DNA from: Chiloscyllium plagiosum
Lineage: Eukaryota
Direction of reading: 5' to 3'
Assembly: GCF_004010195.1 (NCBI RefSeq)
Contig: NC_057718.1
Coordinates: forward strand, 41,437,803-41,501,802
Length of the DNA: 64,000 nucleotides
Position 1 is the stretch's first letter. Each line of letters begins with the position of its first letter. Both the position numbers and the translations under genes were made by a program. Below the pieces are notes generated by a model that worked only from the letters and a program-made list of their open reading frames with translations, was not told the DNA's origin and ran no database searches. Below, piece by piece: positions 38,850 to 51,892 of the stretch.

Positions 38850-39062
38850 CTCTTCCGTCAGGCAGAACATATAGAAGCCTGAACACAAATTACTAACAAT
38901 GCTCTTGCCTAGTGCACACCTTGTGCAATGTAACCAGTATGCTTCTCTCTAAGGGTTTCTGATCTGTACTCCCTTACTTACTATGATCTGACTGTACTGC
39001 TCGTAAACAAAGCTTTTCGCTGTACCTCGGTACACGTGACAATAAATAAATCAACCAATCAA
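38850..39062 (+). mobile_element. Rex1/Babar 3' end
   Basis: cttccgtcaggcaga...agaagcctgaacaca (LPSGR...SL) and tail aaagcttttcgctgtacctcggtacacgtgacaataaataaatcaa. Confidence 0.75.
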
Positions 39063-41849
39063 GGCACAAATTGAGTCTTAATTTCTTGGGATGCCCTTGA
39101 AGCACAGAGAGCAAAGGGTTTATCCTGCTTCGTTCCAGTTTTCTAATGAGTTATGTTTAAAATAATGGCCTTTTCACTCCACCTGCCTAACACTGTCCAA
39201 TGTATTATGCCAGTGGAGGTGGATTGAAAGCCTTTAGTGGGTATTAGACATTTAAGGGTCTCAATAGATTTAAAGGCAAGCAGCTGAATGTGAGACCTCG
39301 ACACTCTTTGTATTATGGTGACTGGGCAGGGGTGGGCAAGAAGATGATGGGTTAGATAATCAGCATAAAACAAGCCATAATGGAGGCGGGCATGAAATCC
39401 AGGCCATTGTTTTCAATTGTTTGGTGTTTGATTGTGTGTCTCTTGACTGCTCACTGTCTTAATTGTGGCGGGTCAAGCTTTTGGGTGCTAGATTAGGATG
39501 TCCATTTCGGCCTACTTGCTTTTAATCCCACCAATTCCTGAAGATTGAAACTAAGTCTCATGGTTCTCCTTTATCAGTGGGATAACCCAAATATAAGAAA
39601 CCTTACATTTATGTGAACACAATGCTAGGCTCAAGCATATAAACTGCTAAAAGAAAAGTAAAGAATCAGGTGCTGCCAATTAACTGAATCATATACTGGA
39701 AAAGAATTAGACACTTGTCTCAATAACTAGAGAGAAACAAGAGCTTGCTTGGGAAAATTTGGATACCTTACAAAACAACTGTCTAGCATAGACTTGTAGT
39801 TTTTTTCACTAAACCATAGACTGGATGTAGAGTTGCCACTTTCAAAACAAGTATGACCTCCCTGTGAACTCAGGAAGTGGAAATATTTAGATAGGGGGTG
39901 GAGACAGAATGTCTGTGAGACATGTGCTTCATGCAGTTCAGAATAAATCTGTTTAACTACAGCATAGCAGCCTGATAAGGCATTTATACAGAATAGTCTG
40001 AATTCAATTCACTGAAGGTGTAGGCCACAAAGATAGTATTGCTTTGCACAATAATTCATTTGCCTGCAAGTAAACGTAGAACAGCACAATGCTGATACGT
40101 AATATGTGTTTTAACATAAGCTGGTGAGACCTGTGACTCATGAACAGAATAAGTAATGTACTATGGTGGTTTTTCTTACTTAGAATTGTCGTCTATACTA
40201 AATCTATAAGTGCTGCTAAAGATTTTTAGGAAGGAAAGAATGGAAACTTATTTTGGATCAATATACCAAGAGCACATGACTTGAGAGTTACTTCCTGCTG
40301 GTTGCAGGATCTGCCCAATTTATTGATTTCTGATAGGAATCAAAAGCTTTATATTTGGAATCTTGATGTATGCAAAAACATATTCAGCCCAGAATGACAC
40401 ATTTGATAGGGCATCTTCTGAAAACAAAATCAAATAAGTTGCTATTAATTCTGCAGTAAATTAATAGTTGGATTACTGCCCTACCAATATTCAGTTACTC
40501 ACGGAATTTTGTTTAGCTTCAAATAAAAGTAGATCTTTTCTTGAGTTAGCATTACAGCCTGCTTTCGGTTGGCCTTAATATGATTCATTACAATTGTTGA
40601 GGCCCATTTGAAAAAAATCTTGAGTAAGTGACAAATTAAATCACCTCAAGCTTAATTTAAACAGTCAAAGAAGAATTGAATGTTTGAGAGTACATAGTGA
40701 GAATTTCACTAGTTAAGTGATGTTGCCATCGGATGTTAATAGCTAGTGAGGCCATCGTCCATTTCAACTCCACTGCCTTGAATTTGGATAATACTAATGT
40801 GTTCTTTTATTTGTAAAAGTGAACAGTTTCATTGATCAATTGAATGAGTGAGAATGTTTTCCAGATTGTAGGGCAAAAGCTGCCTTTGTCTGCAATGACT
40901 TATGTGTTTATTTATTTTAAGCATTTATTTATCTTCTCAAGTTAGAAGCCAAAAACAAATATCCTCTTCTCTCTGAGAGGTAAAAATGGACTGAATTTCA
41001 GAATTCTCATAATCACCCTCAATGACACTCTGTAACTTGCTTATAGGTTAGGCAGGTGTAAGGTTCTAATCACTTGTCAAATGGAATATCTTCCATCCAC
41101 ACTGCACTTCCATCTAGTGGTCTAGCTGAGAAGGGACAAAACTCACTAAATGGCCCCAAATCAAGTTGTGCCTGGGCTTTGGATGGATGACTCATGAGGT
41201 GCTTTTGCCTCTGCTGTGGTTGTGTCAATGTCACAGACCAATATCCACATTCTGCTAACATGTAAATAATTACAGCTAGTTAAACCAGCCTATAGATACA
41301 ACCCCAGGAGTGAAAAGCTTATAAATTAAGACTTAGAAATGGAAATAATCTAGAGATAGTTCTTGAAGATTTCAGGTTTTTGGCCTGTAAGTGTTTCCTT
41401 TAGCAATTTGTTTGACTCCAGGATTATCCTTGAGAACAAAGATTGTTAACGCACAGTCTTTGGAATAAATAGTCTTTATACTTTGTGTGGATGGTCACCT
41501 CATTTATTGTCTTTGTGAGAAGACATTAGGTATTTGTTTCTGAACAAATACTTGAACACGTAACCAGTGAGAGCCCTATTTGCAAGCTGAAAGTCCCCCA
41601 CACTAAAGTGGTCAGTGGTCTCAAAACAGAAGTTGTAATTGTTGTCATACTCAAATCCTCCCTGGAAAGCATTGTCAAGAGGACTAGCCGATATTTATAT
41701 GGCATAATTATTAATGATGAATTTGTTAGGAATACTTTTAAATGTCTTTCTGTGAGAAACTGACCTATTGAACTACTTGGACAGTTTAAGGTTGGAGAGG
41801 CTTTACCATTTGATTTCTTGGAAATGAAAAGTCCAAAGGCAAAAGAGAA

Positions 41850-41969
41850 CTGAAGAAGAGTCACAGGACCCAAAACATTAATTCTGGTTTCTCTCCACAG
41901 ATGCTGCTAGACTGGCTGAGTTTTACCAGCAACTTCTGCTGTTGTTTCTGATTTTCAGCATTTGTAGTG
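41850..41969 (+). mobile_element. Old short PLE-terminus-derived element with decayed hammerhead
   Basis: ctgaagaagagtcacaggacccaaaacatta keeps CUGAAGA and a stem II remnant, but GAAAC has decayed to AAAAC. It is followed by tctccacagatgctgc. Confidence 0.65.
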
Positions 41970-43439
41970 GTAACTGGAAAGCAAATAGGTTCGGGAGAAG
42001 AGTGAAAGTGAACTTTTGAGAGTGATAAGAGATGAACTGTATGTCCCTTACTTGCTGGTTCAGACTTGAAAAAGCGCTAGGATCTGTGCTGTTTGCTGCC
42101 TAGCAACAGCTTTTGGACTGAGGACACTGCATTTTCACAGACCTGGATGTGAACAGTTGTTGGAGAGGCTTGCAACAAAAGCATCTCTCTTGCTTTCAAT
42201 TACTAAGGGACAAACCTTAAACCAAAGCTAGATAAATGCTCTCTCTTCCTATGTGAAGAAAGTTGGTTAAGATTTAAAATGTCAGGACTTCAAACTATTT
42301 CCCATCTGAAATCAAGTCTGAAGATTTTCCAGAATTCTGTGACTGTCGGCAATTTGATCTTGTCAACAGGGAATCAAAGGAACTTCAAGACATCAACGAT
42401 CTATCTTCTGAAATGGTACCTTTGGCCTATAGATGTGTTGTTCCTTTTTGTTGCTTTTTTCAACAACTCTTGACATTTATACAGAACTATATTGACTTCT
42501 CTGTGTTTGAGCAGGTCTGTTAGAGATTAAAGGATATTGTTAAATTTTATACTGTGGCTTAGTTGATAACTGAATTTGCCACTTGTTTAAAGAATACACT
42601 TGTTTTTAATAAATAGGTTATTATAGAATCATTGAATCATAATTTTGAGTTTATTGAAGGAACCTTGTGACAGTCTCATTTTTCTCGATGACAATAATAA
42701 AGAGAAACAAATTGACCATATTGAAGATATTTAGACTTTGCATATGGCTCATGGAGTAGTGAGCTTAGTTATCATGATTACCATTCCTTCCATCAGAGTC
42801 GTAATAGGTTTTAGAATATTTAAGAAGCAGATACAGGAGCTTCATTGACCTGCCATTGCTAGCCACATGTTGTGCCACTCATCAGTATTATTTTCTGTGA
42901 CCCTACCGTCTCAGTGTGAACCTGGCCCTGTTACAGAATTTCTTTATCACAAACTTCTCTCCTACCTTCAGCACACCCCATGTCACTTTCATTTCCTCAA
43001 TCGTTTCCTAGTTTCCTGCTGCTCCCTCATCTCAATTCCTTTCACTGTTTATACAACGCTACCTCATAATTCCCATCTCCTATCACTCAAAGGGGTTACA
43101 TCTTCACTTCTTGCTGCAGTCCTCTCCTGGAGCCACACAGTTCATACAGAGTTCAAAAGATGTTAGCCCAGTTGTCTGGATTGGGATTGTTATTAGTTAT
43201 AGGATAGAATCATAGGCAAAACAACCAATCAAGCCTTGTCTGTTCTATGCCCTTTGGCGTGTTTGTTTTTAACGTCCAGTTCACTCATTCTGTTATGCCT
43301 GAAATCTGGGGATAGTACAGGATGTGAAATCTCTGTTTTATTCCTAGGAGCTGCCAAATGTTTTTACATTACTTTCCCTGTAAAATGTTTTGATCCAAAC
43401 TTATTTTGGGAAGATTTCCCCAGATGAGTATTACTGCTA

Positions 43440-43530
43440 CTAAGACAGCTCATCACCATCTTCTCAAGGACAATGAGGGATGAGCAATATATGCTGGCCT
43501 AGCCAGTAATACCCAACTCCCATGAGTATG
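43440..43530 (+). mobile_element. 3' tail of the second LINE family
   Basis: cagctcatcaccatcttctcaaggacaatgagggatgagcaatatatgctggcctagccag. Confidence 0.7.
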
Positions 43531-43902
43531 TACTGTATATAACAAAACCTTTCCTCTTAGCCATGACTCAAGCAAGACTTCTAAGTGGTCCCATGTCAGG
43601 ATGTTCTCCACCTATTATAATTGGTTGTTGATCATGGAACAATAAGTTTTCTCTCTGACTTTAGGTTTGGAACCTGAGAAGCTAATCTGTAGCTCCTCTG
43701 AAGGACCCTTCTGTCTAAGCTAGTTGGCTAATTAACTTCAATAGCCTTTCCTGGTGCAGATCAAGCACCTTTGACATTATTGGGCTGTGACCTGACCTAT
43801 GTCAGCCCAATATCAGTGGTGATCCATAAGGTGCAGCATGCCATTTCTTCCCTGGAGCGGAGTCCCATTCCAACAAGTTCTGCTTGACACCCTGTGAGAC
43901 TG

Positions 43903-44030
43903 GCAGGAGAGTCGATGTTTTGAGTACAAGCTCTTCACATTCCTAATGAACGACTTATGCTTAAAACATCGACTCTCCTGCTCCTCGGATGCTGCCTGAC
44001 CAGCAGCACTTTTCCAGCTGATCTCCAGCA
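43903..44030. mobile_element. Palindromic PLE-terminus insertion with exact 10 bp TSD
   Basis: tgtgagactg occurs at 43893-43902 and 44031-44040. Inverted arms gcaggagagtcgatgtttt / aaaacatcgactctcctgc. Confidence 0.8.
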
Positions 44031-44479
44031 TGTGAGACTGCCAGTCTACCTTTCTTTCACCAAATACCAGCTCCACCTAAACAGACCTGTTCTCATTCCC
44101 ATTTTTCCTGCTCTTCCTGGGGTATTGCTTCCTGCAAACCTGTAACATTGACCTCCTGCTGGCTGGTGGACCAACAGCTCTCAATGCCAGAATTGAAATC
44201 GAGGTTTTGGTGGCATCTTCTGTTGTCTGATCTGCTCACTAATTCTTTTTCTAAATGGTGTCATCTATTCTTAGGCCTTTATGACTGCTACCATATTAAG
44301 AAGCTTGCTGCCTGAACTAGTGATCAAACTCCTCATGTTTAATGTCATCCCCATTCTGACGTTATATATCCCTTCCTTGCCCATGCCAAATGTGTCTGAT
44401 CCTGAAGATGTACTGATTATCTGTATAAATATTAGCCTATTGACCATCACATGTCTACAATGCCTTTATGAGCACTATT

Positions 44480-45420
44480 GGTTCCGTTACATGAGCAGAG
44501 TATCCACCATCCAGAGCTCCTTGTTTCACTATTTCCCCATTCCTTTTAGCAACATCCCTACTTGGACTTCCTATCTATGTAGCTCCTAGGTCCATTAGCA
44601 AACAATTCACCACTTCCTCAACAAACAAATTGCCCTTACCTCTGCAGCCTTCCTCATTTTTACAATATTTCACAGTGACTGGCCTCTCCCTTAAAACTTC
44701 CAAGCAATTTATTTCTCTTTCCTTGATCTTGATCACCTCCAGACTTACTTATTAATTGAGCCTATACCATTCCTTTCATCCAGGGCCTGACAAGGCCCAT
44801 ACCCTATTTTTCCTCACCAGTTACCCTAACAACGCTTCTGCTCAAGGCTGTGTTTCCCACAATTCCTGCCCTTAGACTCCTCTTGTTTATTCTGTCTGAA
44901 ATCCCTTACACAATGCCCAGTCATACCACTGGTAAAATACTGGCTGGATCTGATGGCCTCATTTGTCAATTTTGTGGTGGTCTTTGAGGAAACCGCTTGT
45001 TGAATGCTTATTTCACTTGTGCAGTGCACGATAGTTTCATAACAATTACCTACCAAAGTTTCCACATCGAGGACTTTTTTTTTGGTTCTGACTGAATTCT
45101 TTTAATGTTTTAAGATATACCAGATGTTCCATGTTGGGCCTTTACCCTATAGATTTCTTGCTATACCATGTACTTTTCAATCAGCATATTCACTATAGTT
45201 TGGGTAACCTCTACTAGTGTCCTGCCTGTTGACCAATGCCAACAATACTGTGTTCTAAAGTCCATCATATTTCTGTGGTCTCTACTGTCATTGCTAGCCA
45301 TCTACAATGTTATCTGGACTCACAGCCCAATTCTCCTCTGGGTATTTTGCTCAAATGAGGGTATGTACATCTTTTATGCACTTGCTGTGTAGTTCTTTCA
45401 TATATTTTAATTGGGCAAAA
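44480..45420 (+). mobile_element. Possible very old L2-like ORF2 remnant
   Basis: Pyrimidine-rich L2-like composition with weak GS.LGP-like (ccatgttgggcct) and lost YADD-region traces. Confidence 0.3.
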
Positions 45421-46900
45421 CTGGACATTGTCACCAAAGATTGGCCAATCATAAAATCTGATTTTTGCTCAGCTTGAAAGGCTTATGTATGGTCATGGTC
45501 AAGGTCAAGTTTTGTCCATTGTTGTTAGGATCAGATATATGTCTAGGCCTTGTTTCTGCTGGGGCATTTTGACATTGTTTAGAATCTTCCTGCACAAAGG
45601 AAGGAGCAGATAGAGGGACAACACTGAGGCTGTCAGTTCTGGGGGCTCAAACAGGAGTGTAGCTTCCAAATCGGTTCTCAGAGGATATCTGTCCCAGTGC
45701 TTATACCCCTACAGACTTTGACTCCTCAGTCCTTCTAGTCTACTTAGCCCAAATCTGAATAATCTAGATGGAACAGTCACCTGGGAAGTCCTGGCTACTG
45801 TTTAGTGAGATTTGAGAGTCTGGTTCAAAGTGCTTCTTGCTTCTATAACCATGTTCCCCTCCCCTCAGTTAGCCCACCTACCTCAGATTATCCTAATTGG
45901 TGCATCTCAAGGTACCACTGGTATAAAATAATTATTCTATCTTGCTTCTTTCTTTCCACCTGACTTTCCCACAACTCTGGTCCTTGGTCCAAGAAGGATC
46001 CTAGTCTTCCTGAGTTATTTTATCCAAAAACCTTTTGTTCTTATCTACTAAAAATTGAGTGAGGAGTCCTTGGGTCCATACTTTGAACCCTGGTCTGTCA
46101 TAACCAGAGTTTTGTTTGGTTGGATCTTTCCTGTTTTATGCTATGGCTGCATGTTAATTTGCCTGGTTTACCCTGAGAACCACGAAACTGCAATCCTGCC
46201 AGCACACCATCTTTCAGTACATCTCCCACAGACTCATTCTTTGGTTAAGATTGCTGAACTGGCCCCCCAGATCCCTGTGTCGAATGCTGACTTACCCATC
46301 GAATGGGTGGTAAAGTGAACATATTCAACGTTTATCTGAGGTCAATGTTTGAATTATACCAGAAGATTCCATTAAATGTGCTCAATGTTGCAGTGACAAA
46401 TGATCACTCCTGAGTCTGCATGACCTTAGCAAGCAAAGATTTTATTTGAGCAGGTGCAAGTGAAAAGCTCAATTCAGAGGCACAAAGAACTTCCTCAAAA
46501 ATAGCATTTTCAGCAGACATTTATAATTGTCAATCTCATGCAAGCCCATGTTACCTCAACCTTCAACCTTGGGGCTGTTAGTTTCCACAATGAATGAACT
46601 ATCTTGTCTAGATTCTCAGTTCTTCTCATTTCCTTGCTCCGAGCAACAAGGAATAATACACTTCCATGTTCTAACTTTACAGCTTGTAGAAGAAATTGTG
46701 CATGACAGCAACACTTATTCAAGTCTATCATGCACTTGATTTGAACTCTACTGATATGAATCCCCGCCTCCCTACTTCAGTACCACGGAGAGAGATTGAT
46801 GGGATTTTCCAAGTACCTCAATCCAGTGTGAGATGCACCTCAACAATTTTGGAAGCATAATAAATACAGCTTTTCTTTTTTCCTTATCTCAACAACATAT

Positions 46901-47730
46901 TAGAACAAAGAACAAAGAGCATTACAGCACAGGAACAGGCCCTTAGGCCCTCCAAGCCTACACCGATCCAGATCCTCTATCTAAACCTGCCACATATTTT
47001 CTAAGGATCTGTATCCCTTTGCTCCCTGCCAATTCATGTATCTGTCTAGATACATCTTAAATGACACTATTGTTCCCGCCCCTACCACCTCCACTGGCAA
47101 CATATTCCAAGCACCCACTACCCTCTGCGTAAAAAACTTTCCACATTTATCTCCCCGAAGCTTCTCCTCTCTCACCTTGAACTTGTGACCTCTAGTAATT
47201 GAATTCCCCATTCGGGGATAAAGCTTCTTGCTATCCACCCTATCTACAACTCTCATGATTTTGTAGGCCTCAATCATGTCCCCCCTCAACCTTTTTATTT
47301 CCAATGAAAGTAATCCTAATCTACTCAACCTCTCCTCGTAGCTAGCACCTTCCATACCAGGCAATATCCTGGTGAACCTCCTCAGCACCCTCTCCAAAGC
47401 ATCCACATCCTTTTGGTAAGGTGGCAACCAGAACTGTACACAGTATTCTAAATGTGGCCGAACCAAAGTCTTATACAACTGTAACATGACCTGCCAACTG
47501 TTGTACTCAATACCCTGTCCAATGAAGGAAAGCATGCCGTATGTCTTCTTGACCACTCTACTGACCTGCATGGCCACCTTCAGGGAATAATGGACCTGAA
47601 CACCCAGATCTCTCTGTACATCAATTTTCCCCAAGAGTTTTCCATTTCCAGGACAGTATACTTCACTCTCGAACTGGATCTTCCAAAATGCATCATCTTG
47701 CATTTGTCCGGATTGAACTCCATCTACCAG
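46901..47730 (-). mobile_element. CR1 LINE 3' fragment (young), left arm of a head-to-head pair
   Basis: C-terminal part of ORF 46981-47874: QRDLGVQVH...LYKTLVRPHLEYCVQFW...FFTQRVVGAWN. Tail agaacaaagaacaaag. Confidence 0.93.
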
Positions 47731-47739
47731 TTCTCCTTG

Positions 47740-48554
47740 TGGCAGATGGAGTTTAATTTCGATAAATGCAAGGTGCTGCATTTTGGGAAAGCAAATTAGG
47801 ACATGACTTTTACACTTAATGGTAAGGTCCAAGGGAGTGTTGCTGAACAAAGAGACCTTGGAGTACAGGTTCATAGCTCCTTGAAAGCACAGTCACAGGT
47901 AGATAGGATGGTGAAGAAGGTGTTTGGTATGCTTTCCTTTATTGGTCAGAGTATTGAGTACAGGCGTTGGCAGGTTATGTTGCAGCTGTACACGATATTG
48001 GTTAGGCCACTTTTTGAATATTGTGTGCAATTCTGGTCTCCTTCCTATTGGAAGGATGGTGTGAAACTTGGAAGGGTTCAGAAAAAATTTACAAGCATGT
48101 TGCCAGGGTTGGAGGATTTGAGCTATAAGGAAAGGCTGAATAGGCTGGGGCTGTTTTCCCTTGAGCGGGAGGCTGAGGGGTGACTTTATAGAGGTTTATA
48201 AAATCATCAGGGAAATGGATAGGGTAAATAGACAAAGTCGCTTCCCTGGGGTGGGGGATTTCAGAACTAGAGGGCATAGGTTTAGGGTGAGAGGGGAAAG
48301 ATATAAAAGAGACCTAAAGAGCAACGTTTTCACGTAGTGGGTAGTGCAAGTGTGGAATGGGCTGCCAGAGGAAGTGGTAGAGGCTAGTACAATGGCAACA
48401 TTTAAAAGACATCTGGATGGGTATATGAATAGGAAGGGTTTGGAGGGATAGGGGCTTGGTGCTGGCAGGTGGGACTAGATTAGGTTGGGATATCTGGTCG
48501 GCATGGAAGAGTTGGACTGAAGGGTCTGTTTCCGTGTTGTACATCTCTATGACT
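47740..48554 (+). mobile_element. CR1 LINE 3' fragment (young), right arm of a head-to-head pair
   Basis: WQMEFNFDKCKVLHFG...QRDLGVQVHSSLK...EYCVQFWSP, with tail gggtctgtttccgtgttgtacatctctatgact. Confidence 0.93.
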
Positions 48555-48759
48555 TTGTGAATCTAAGCCAGTTGTTCTCTGAACTGTGTTTATTTCTTGC
48601 AGGGCTTTGTAAACTTTTGGAAAATGCCTAATCTTGACTGGATCAACTCTCATTATTGTACCTGCTATCTCCACTATTGGACTTCTGGTGGTGTCCTGAT
48701 TCTTAAGCCATAACTCTGGCCTCATCAGACCTTACTCTGGCTGTCAGTCTTGATTAAGT

Positions 48760-49070
48760 GAAATCAATCTCACTTCTGAGACAGAACATGGTGGAGTGCT
48801 GCAGTGATGGGGATCAAGTCCCATTCAAGAGACTTCAGCTGACATTGCAGGTCTCTATTTGTGGATTAAATATTATACTGAGTCCTACCTGGCCTCTCGG
48901 ATGAACATAAGTGAGTGCTTGATGTTAGTTTGGAGTTAAAGATGGAGGTTTCACCCTGATGTTTTGGCAATATAGATCCCTCAGAGAACATCACTCAAAA
49001 TACAAACTGATTTCCTAATAACTTGATGTAAGACCAAATTGATGTGAATTGGTGGCCTTGTTTCCATAAA
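48760..49070 (+). mobile_element. DeuSINE (SacSINE1-like), degenerate
   Basis: tRNA-like head remnant (cacttctgagacagaa...tcaagtcccattc) and Deu-domain-like ctgagtcctacctggcctctcggatgaacataa...ccctgatgttttggcaatatagatccctca...aacatcact. Similarity is recalled, not searched. Confidence 0.5.
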
Positions 49071-50017
49071 GATCCATAGAAAAATGAAAATGCAGAGAAA
49101 AGCCATTCCATCCATTATGTCTGTGCAGGGTGAATAAACTAATCACCATGGTTCATCCAACTTCCCAGTACCTGGGCTGTAGTCTTGCAGGTTAATGTGC
49201 TTTCAGTGCAGATTCAGCTCCTTTTTAAATGAGTCAATACAAACTTGTTTGGAAAAGCAACCAATCACAAAAGTATGTGAAGAGAAAAAGATTAGTGACA
49301 ATATTTACAAAAAAGCGATCATGCTTGAACAAATCTACTGTAAGTTTTTGAGGCTGCAAAAGGGAAGTCAGTGGCTCTGGTCATTGAATTTTCAGAGAGC
49401 TTTCAATAAGGTCCCACATAATAGATGAACATGTAAAATTAAAGTGGGGTTGTGGGGTTGACATGGCTCAAAAACTAGTTTGCATACAGGAAGTAAAGAA
49501 TAGGAGTAAATGGGTTTTTTCCTGAGTGACAGGAAATGACTAGTGGGATACCGCAGGGGTCAGTGCTTAGATTCCAGTTATTCACAATACATGTAAATGA
49601 TTTAAATGAAGGATCTAAGTGTAATATCTCCAAGTTGATAGATGCTACAATGATGGGTGGAAGGATGCAGAGTTGCTTCAATGTGGTTTGAACAATTTGA
49701 GTGAGTGGGTAGGAGAAGTATAATGTGGGTAAGTGTGAGGTAGCAAAGAAAAAGAAGGCAAATTATTATCTGAATGGTGGTGGATTGGGAAACGTGAAGG
49801 TGCAATGAGAGCTGGGTGTCCTTGAATACCAGTCACTGAAAGCAACCTTGGAGATGTAGCAGACATTGAAGAAAGGAAATGGAATGTTAGCATTCATAGC
49901 AAAAGGATTAGAGTACAGGAGCAGAGAACTCTTGCTGCAACTGTGCAGGGTCAAGGCAAGACCAGACCTGGAGTATTCTTTACAGTTTTTTTCATTTTTT
50001 TCTGAGGAAGGATGTTC

Positions 50018-50342
50018 TAGATTAGATTAGATTAGATTAGATTACAGTGTGGAAACAGGCCCTTCGGCCCAACAAGTCCACACCGACCCGCCGAAGCGCA
50101 ACCCACCCATACCCCTACATTTACCCCTTACCTAACACTACGGGCAATTTTTAGTATGGCCAATTCACCTGACCCTGCACATCTTTGGATTGTGGGAGGA
50201 AACTGGAGCACCCGGAGGAAACCCACGCAGACACGGGGAGAACGTGCAAACTCCACACAGTCAGTCGCCTGAGGCGGGAATTGAACCCGGGTCTCTGGCG
50301 CTGTGAGGCAGCAGTGCTAACCACTGTGCCACCGTGCTGCCC
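50018..50342 (-). mobile_element. HE1-type V-SINE, very young (CpGs retained), with (AATCT)n tail
   Basis: Near-identical to 15252-15572. Tail reads (ttaga)n on the plus strand. Confidence 0.95.
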
Positions 50343-50435
50343 AGGCATTGAGAGAGGCCCTAAAGGTTTGTCAGACTCATTAATGGTATGGCAGGGCTGA
50401 CATATGAAGAGAGACAGAATCCATTCGGACTATAT

Positions 50436-51565
50436 TAGAATCATAGAGATGTACACCACGAAACAGACCTGAAACAGGTCCAAATTGTCCATGCAATCCA
50501 GATAACCCAACCTCACCTAGTCCCATTTGCCAGTACTTGGCCCATATCCCTCCTAACCCTTCCTATTCATAGAACCATCCAGATGCCTTTCAAATGTACC
50601 AGCCTTCACCACTTCCGCTGGCAGTTCATTCCATACATGCACCACTTCCTGTGTGAAACATTTGCCCTTTCGGTCCCTTTTATATCTTTCCCCTCTTACC
50701 CTATGCCCTCTAGCTCTGGACTCCCCCATCCCATGGAAAAAAACGTTGTCTATTTCTTCTATCCATGCCCCTCATGATTTTATAAACTTCTATGAGTCAC
50801 CCCTCAGCCTCTGACGCTCCAGGGAAAACAGCCCCAGCCTATTCAACCTCTCCCTATAGCTCAAATCCTCCAACCCTAGCAACATCCTTGTACATCTTTT
50901 CTGAACCCTTTCAAGTTTAACAACACCCTTCTGATAGGAAGGAGACCAGAACTGCACGCAATATTCCAAAAGTGGCTGAATCAATGTCCTGTACAGCTGC
51001 AACATGATCTCCCAACTCCTATAATCAGTGTTCTGACCAATAAAGGAAAGCCTACCAAATGCCTTCTTCACTATCCTATCTACCTGTGACTGTACTTCAA
51101 GGAGCTATGAACCTGCATTCCAAGGTCTGTTTGTTCAACAACAGTCCCCAGGGCCTTACCAGTAAGTGTATAAGTCCTGCTAAGATTTGCTTTCCCAGAA
51201 TAGAGCACCTCACATTTATCTGAATTAAACTCCATCTGCCACTCCTCAGCCCATTGGCCCATCCAATCAAGGTCCCATTGTAATCTGAGGTAACCTTCTT
51301 CACTGTCCACTACACCTCCAAGCTCGGTGTCATCTGCAAACTTACTAACTACGTCTCCTATGTTCATATCCAAATCATTTATATAAATGACGAAAAGTAA
51401 TGGACCCAGCACCGATCCTTGTGGCACTCCATTGGTCACAGGCCTCCAATTTGAAAAACAACCCTCCACCACCACCCTCTGTTTTCTTCCTTTGAGCCAG
51501 TTCTGTATCCAAATGGTTAGTTCTCCCTGTATTCCGTGAGATCTAACCTTGCTAGCCAGTCTCTC
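50436..51565 (-). mobile_element. CR1 (HER1-like) LINE, young RT fragment
   Basis: ORF 51080-51688 has [21 protein letters not shown]...SKFADDT...WQMEFN. ORF 50790-51071 has LLEYCVQFWSP. Confidence 0.95.
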
Positions 51566-51892
51566 ATTCACTTGTGTTTGGAAAAAAGAGGAGTTCTTAT
51601 TGAAACCTATGAAATCCCAACAGTACTCGACAGCACAAATGCAAGAAGGATGACCCTGATGATCAGAGAGCCCGGAAATGGAGGTCATTATCTAAGGATA
51701 TACTGTAGGCCATTTAGGACTACGATTAGTAGTAATTTCTTCACCAGAGATGGGTGAGCCTGTGGAAATCTCTGCCACAGAATGTAGTTGAGACTAAAAC
51801 ATTGAGAGTTTTCAACAAGGGGTTAGATACAACTCTCAGACCTAAAGAAATCAAAGGGTATAATGAGAAAGCAAGAACAGTGCACTGAATGT

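Noticed and set aside
41387..42806. Possible solo LTR (TG start, aataaa at about 42608, end gtcgtaata); similar LTR-like texture at 21650-22400 and 45470-46560
   Set aside because: No second copy, PBS, TSD or protein motif could be verified by eye, so it is not listed as a feature.
46981..47874. 297-aa ORF as a functional gene
   Set aside because: It is a chimera across the inverted CR1 junction: antisense CR1 at the N-terminus and truncated CR1 RT C-terminus after it.
50270..50342. tRNA genes at the A/B-box sequences (also 15.5, 24.2, 52.2 and 60.5 kb)
   Set aside because: They are SINE heads that continue into SINE bodies, with no complete cloverleaf or Pol III terminator.
51080..51688. 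Active reverse transcriptase gene
   Set aside because: A 5'-truncated, frameshifted CR1 fragment whose ORF start comes from a different, opposite-strand element.
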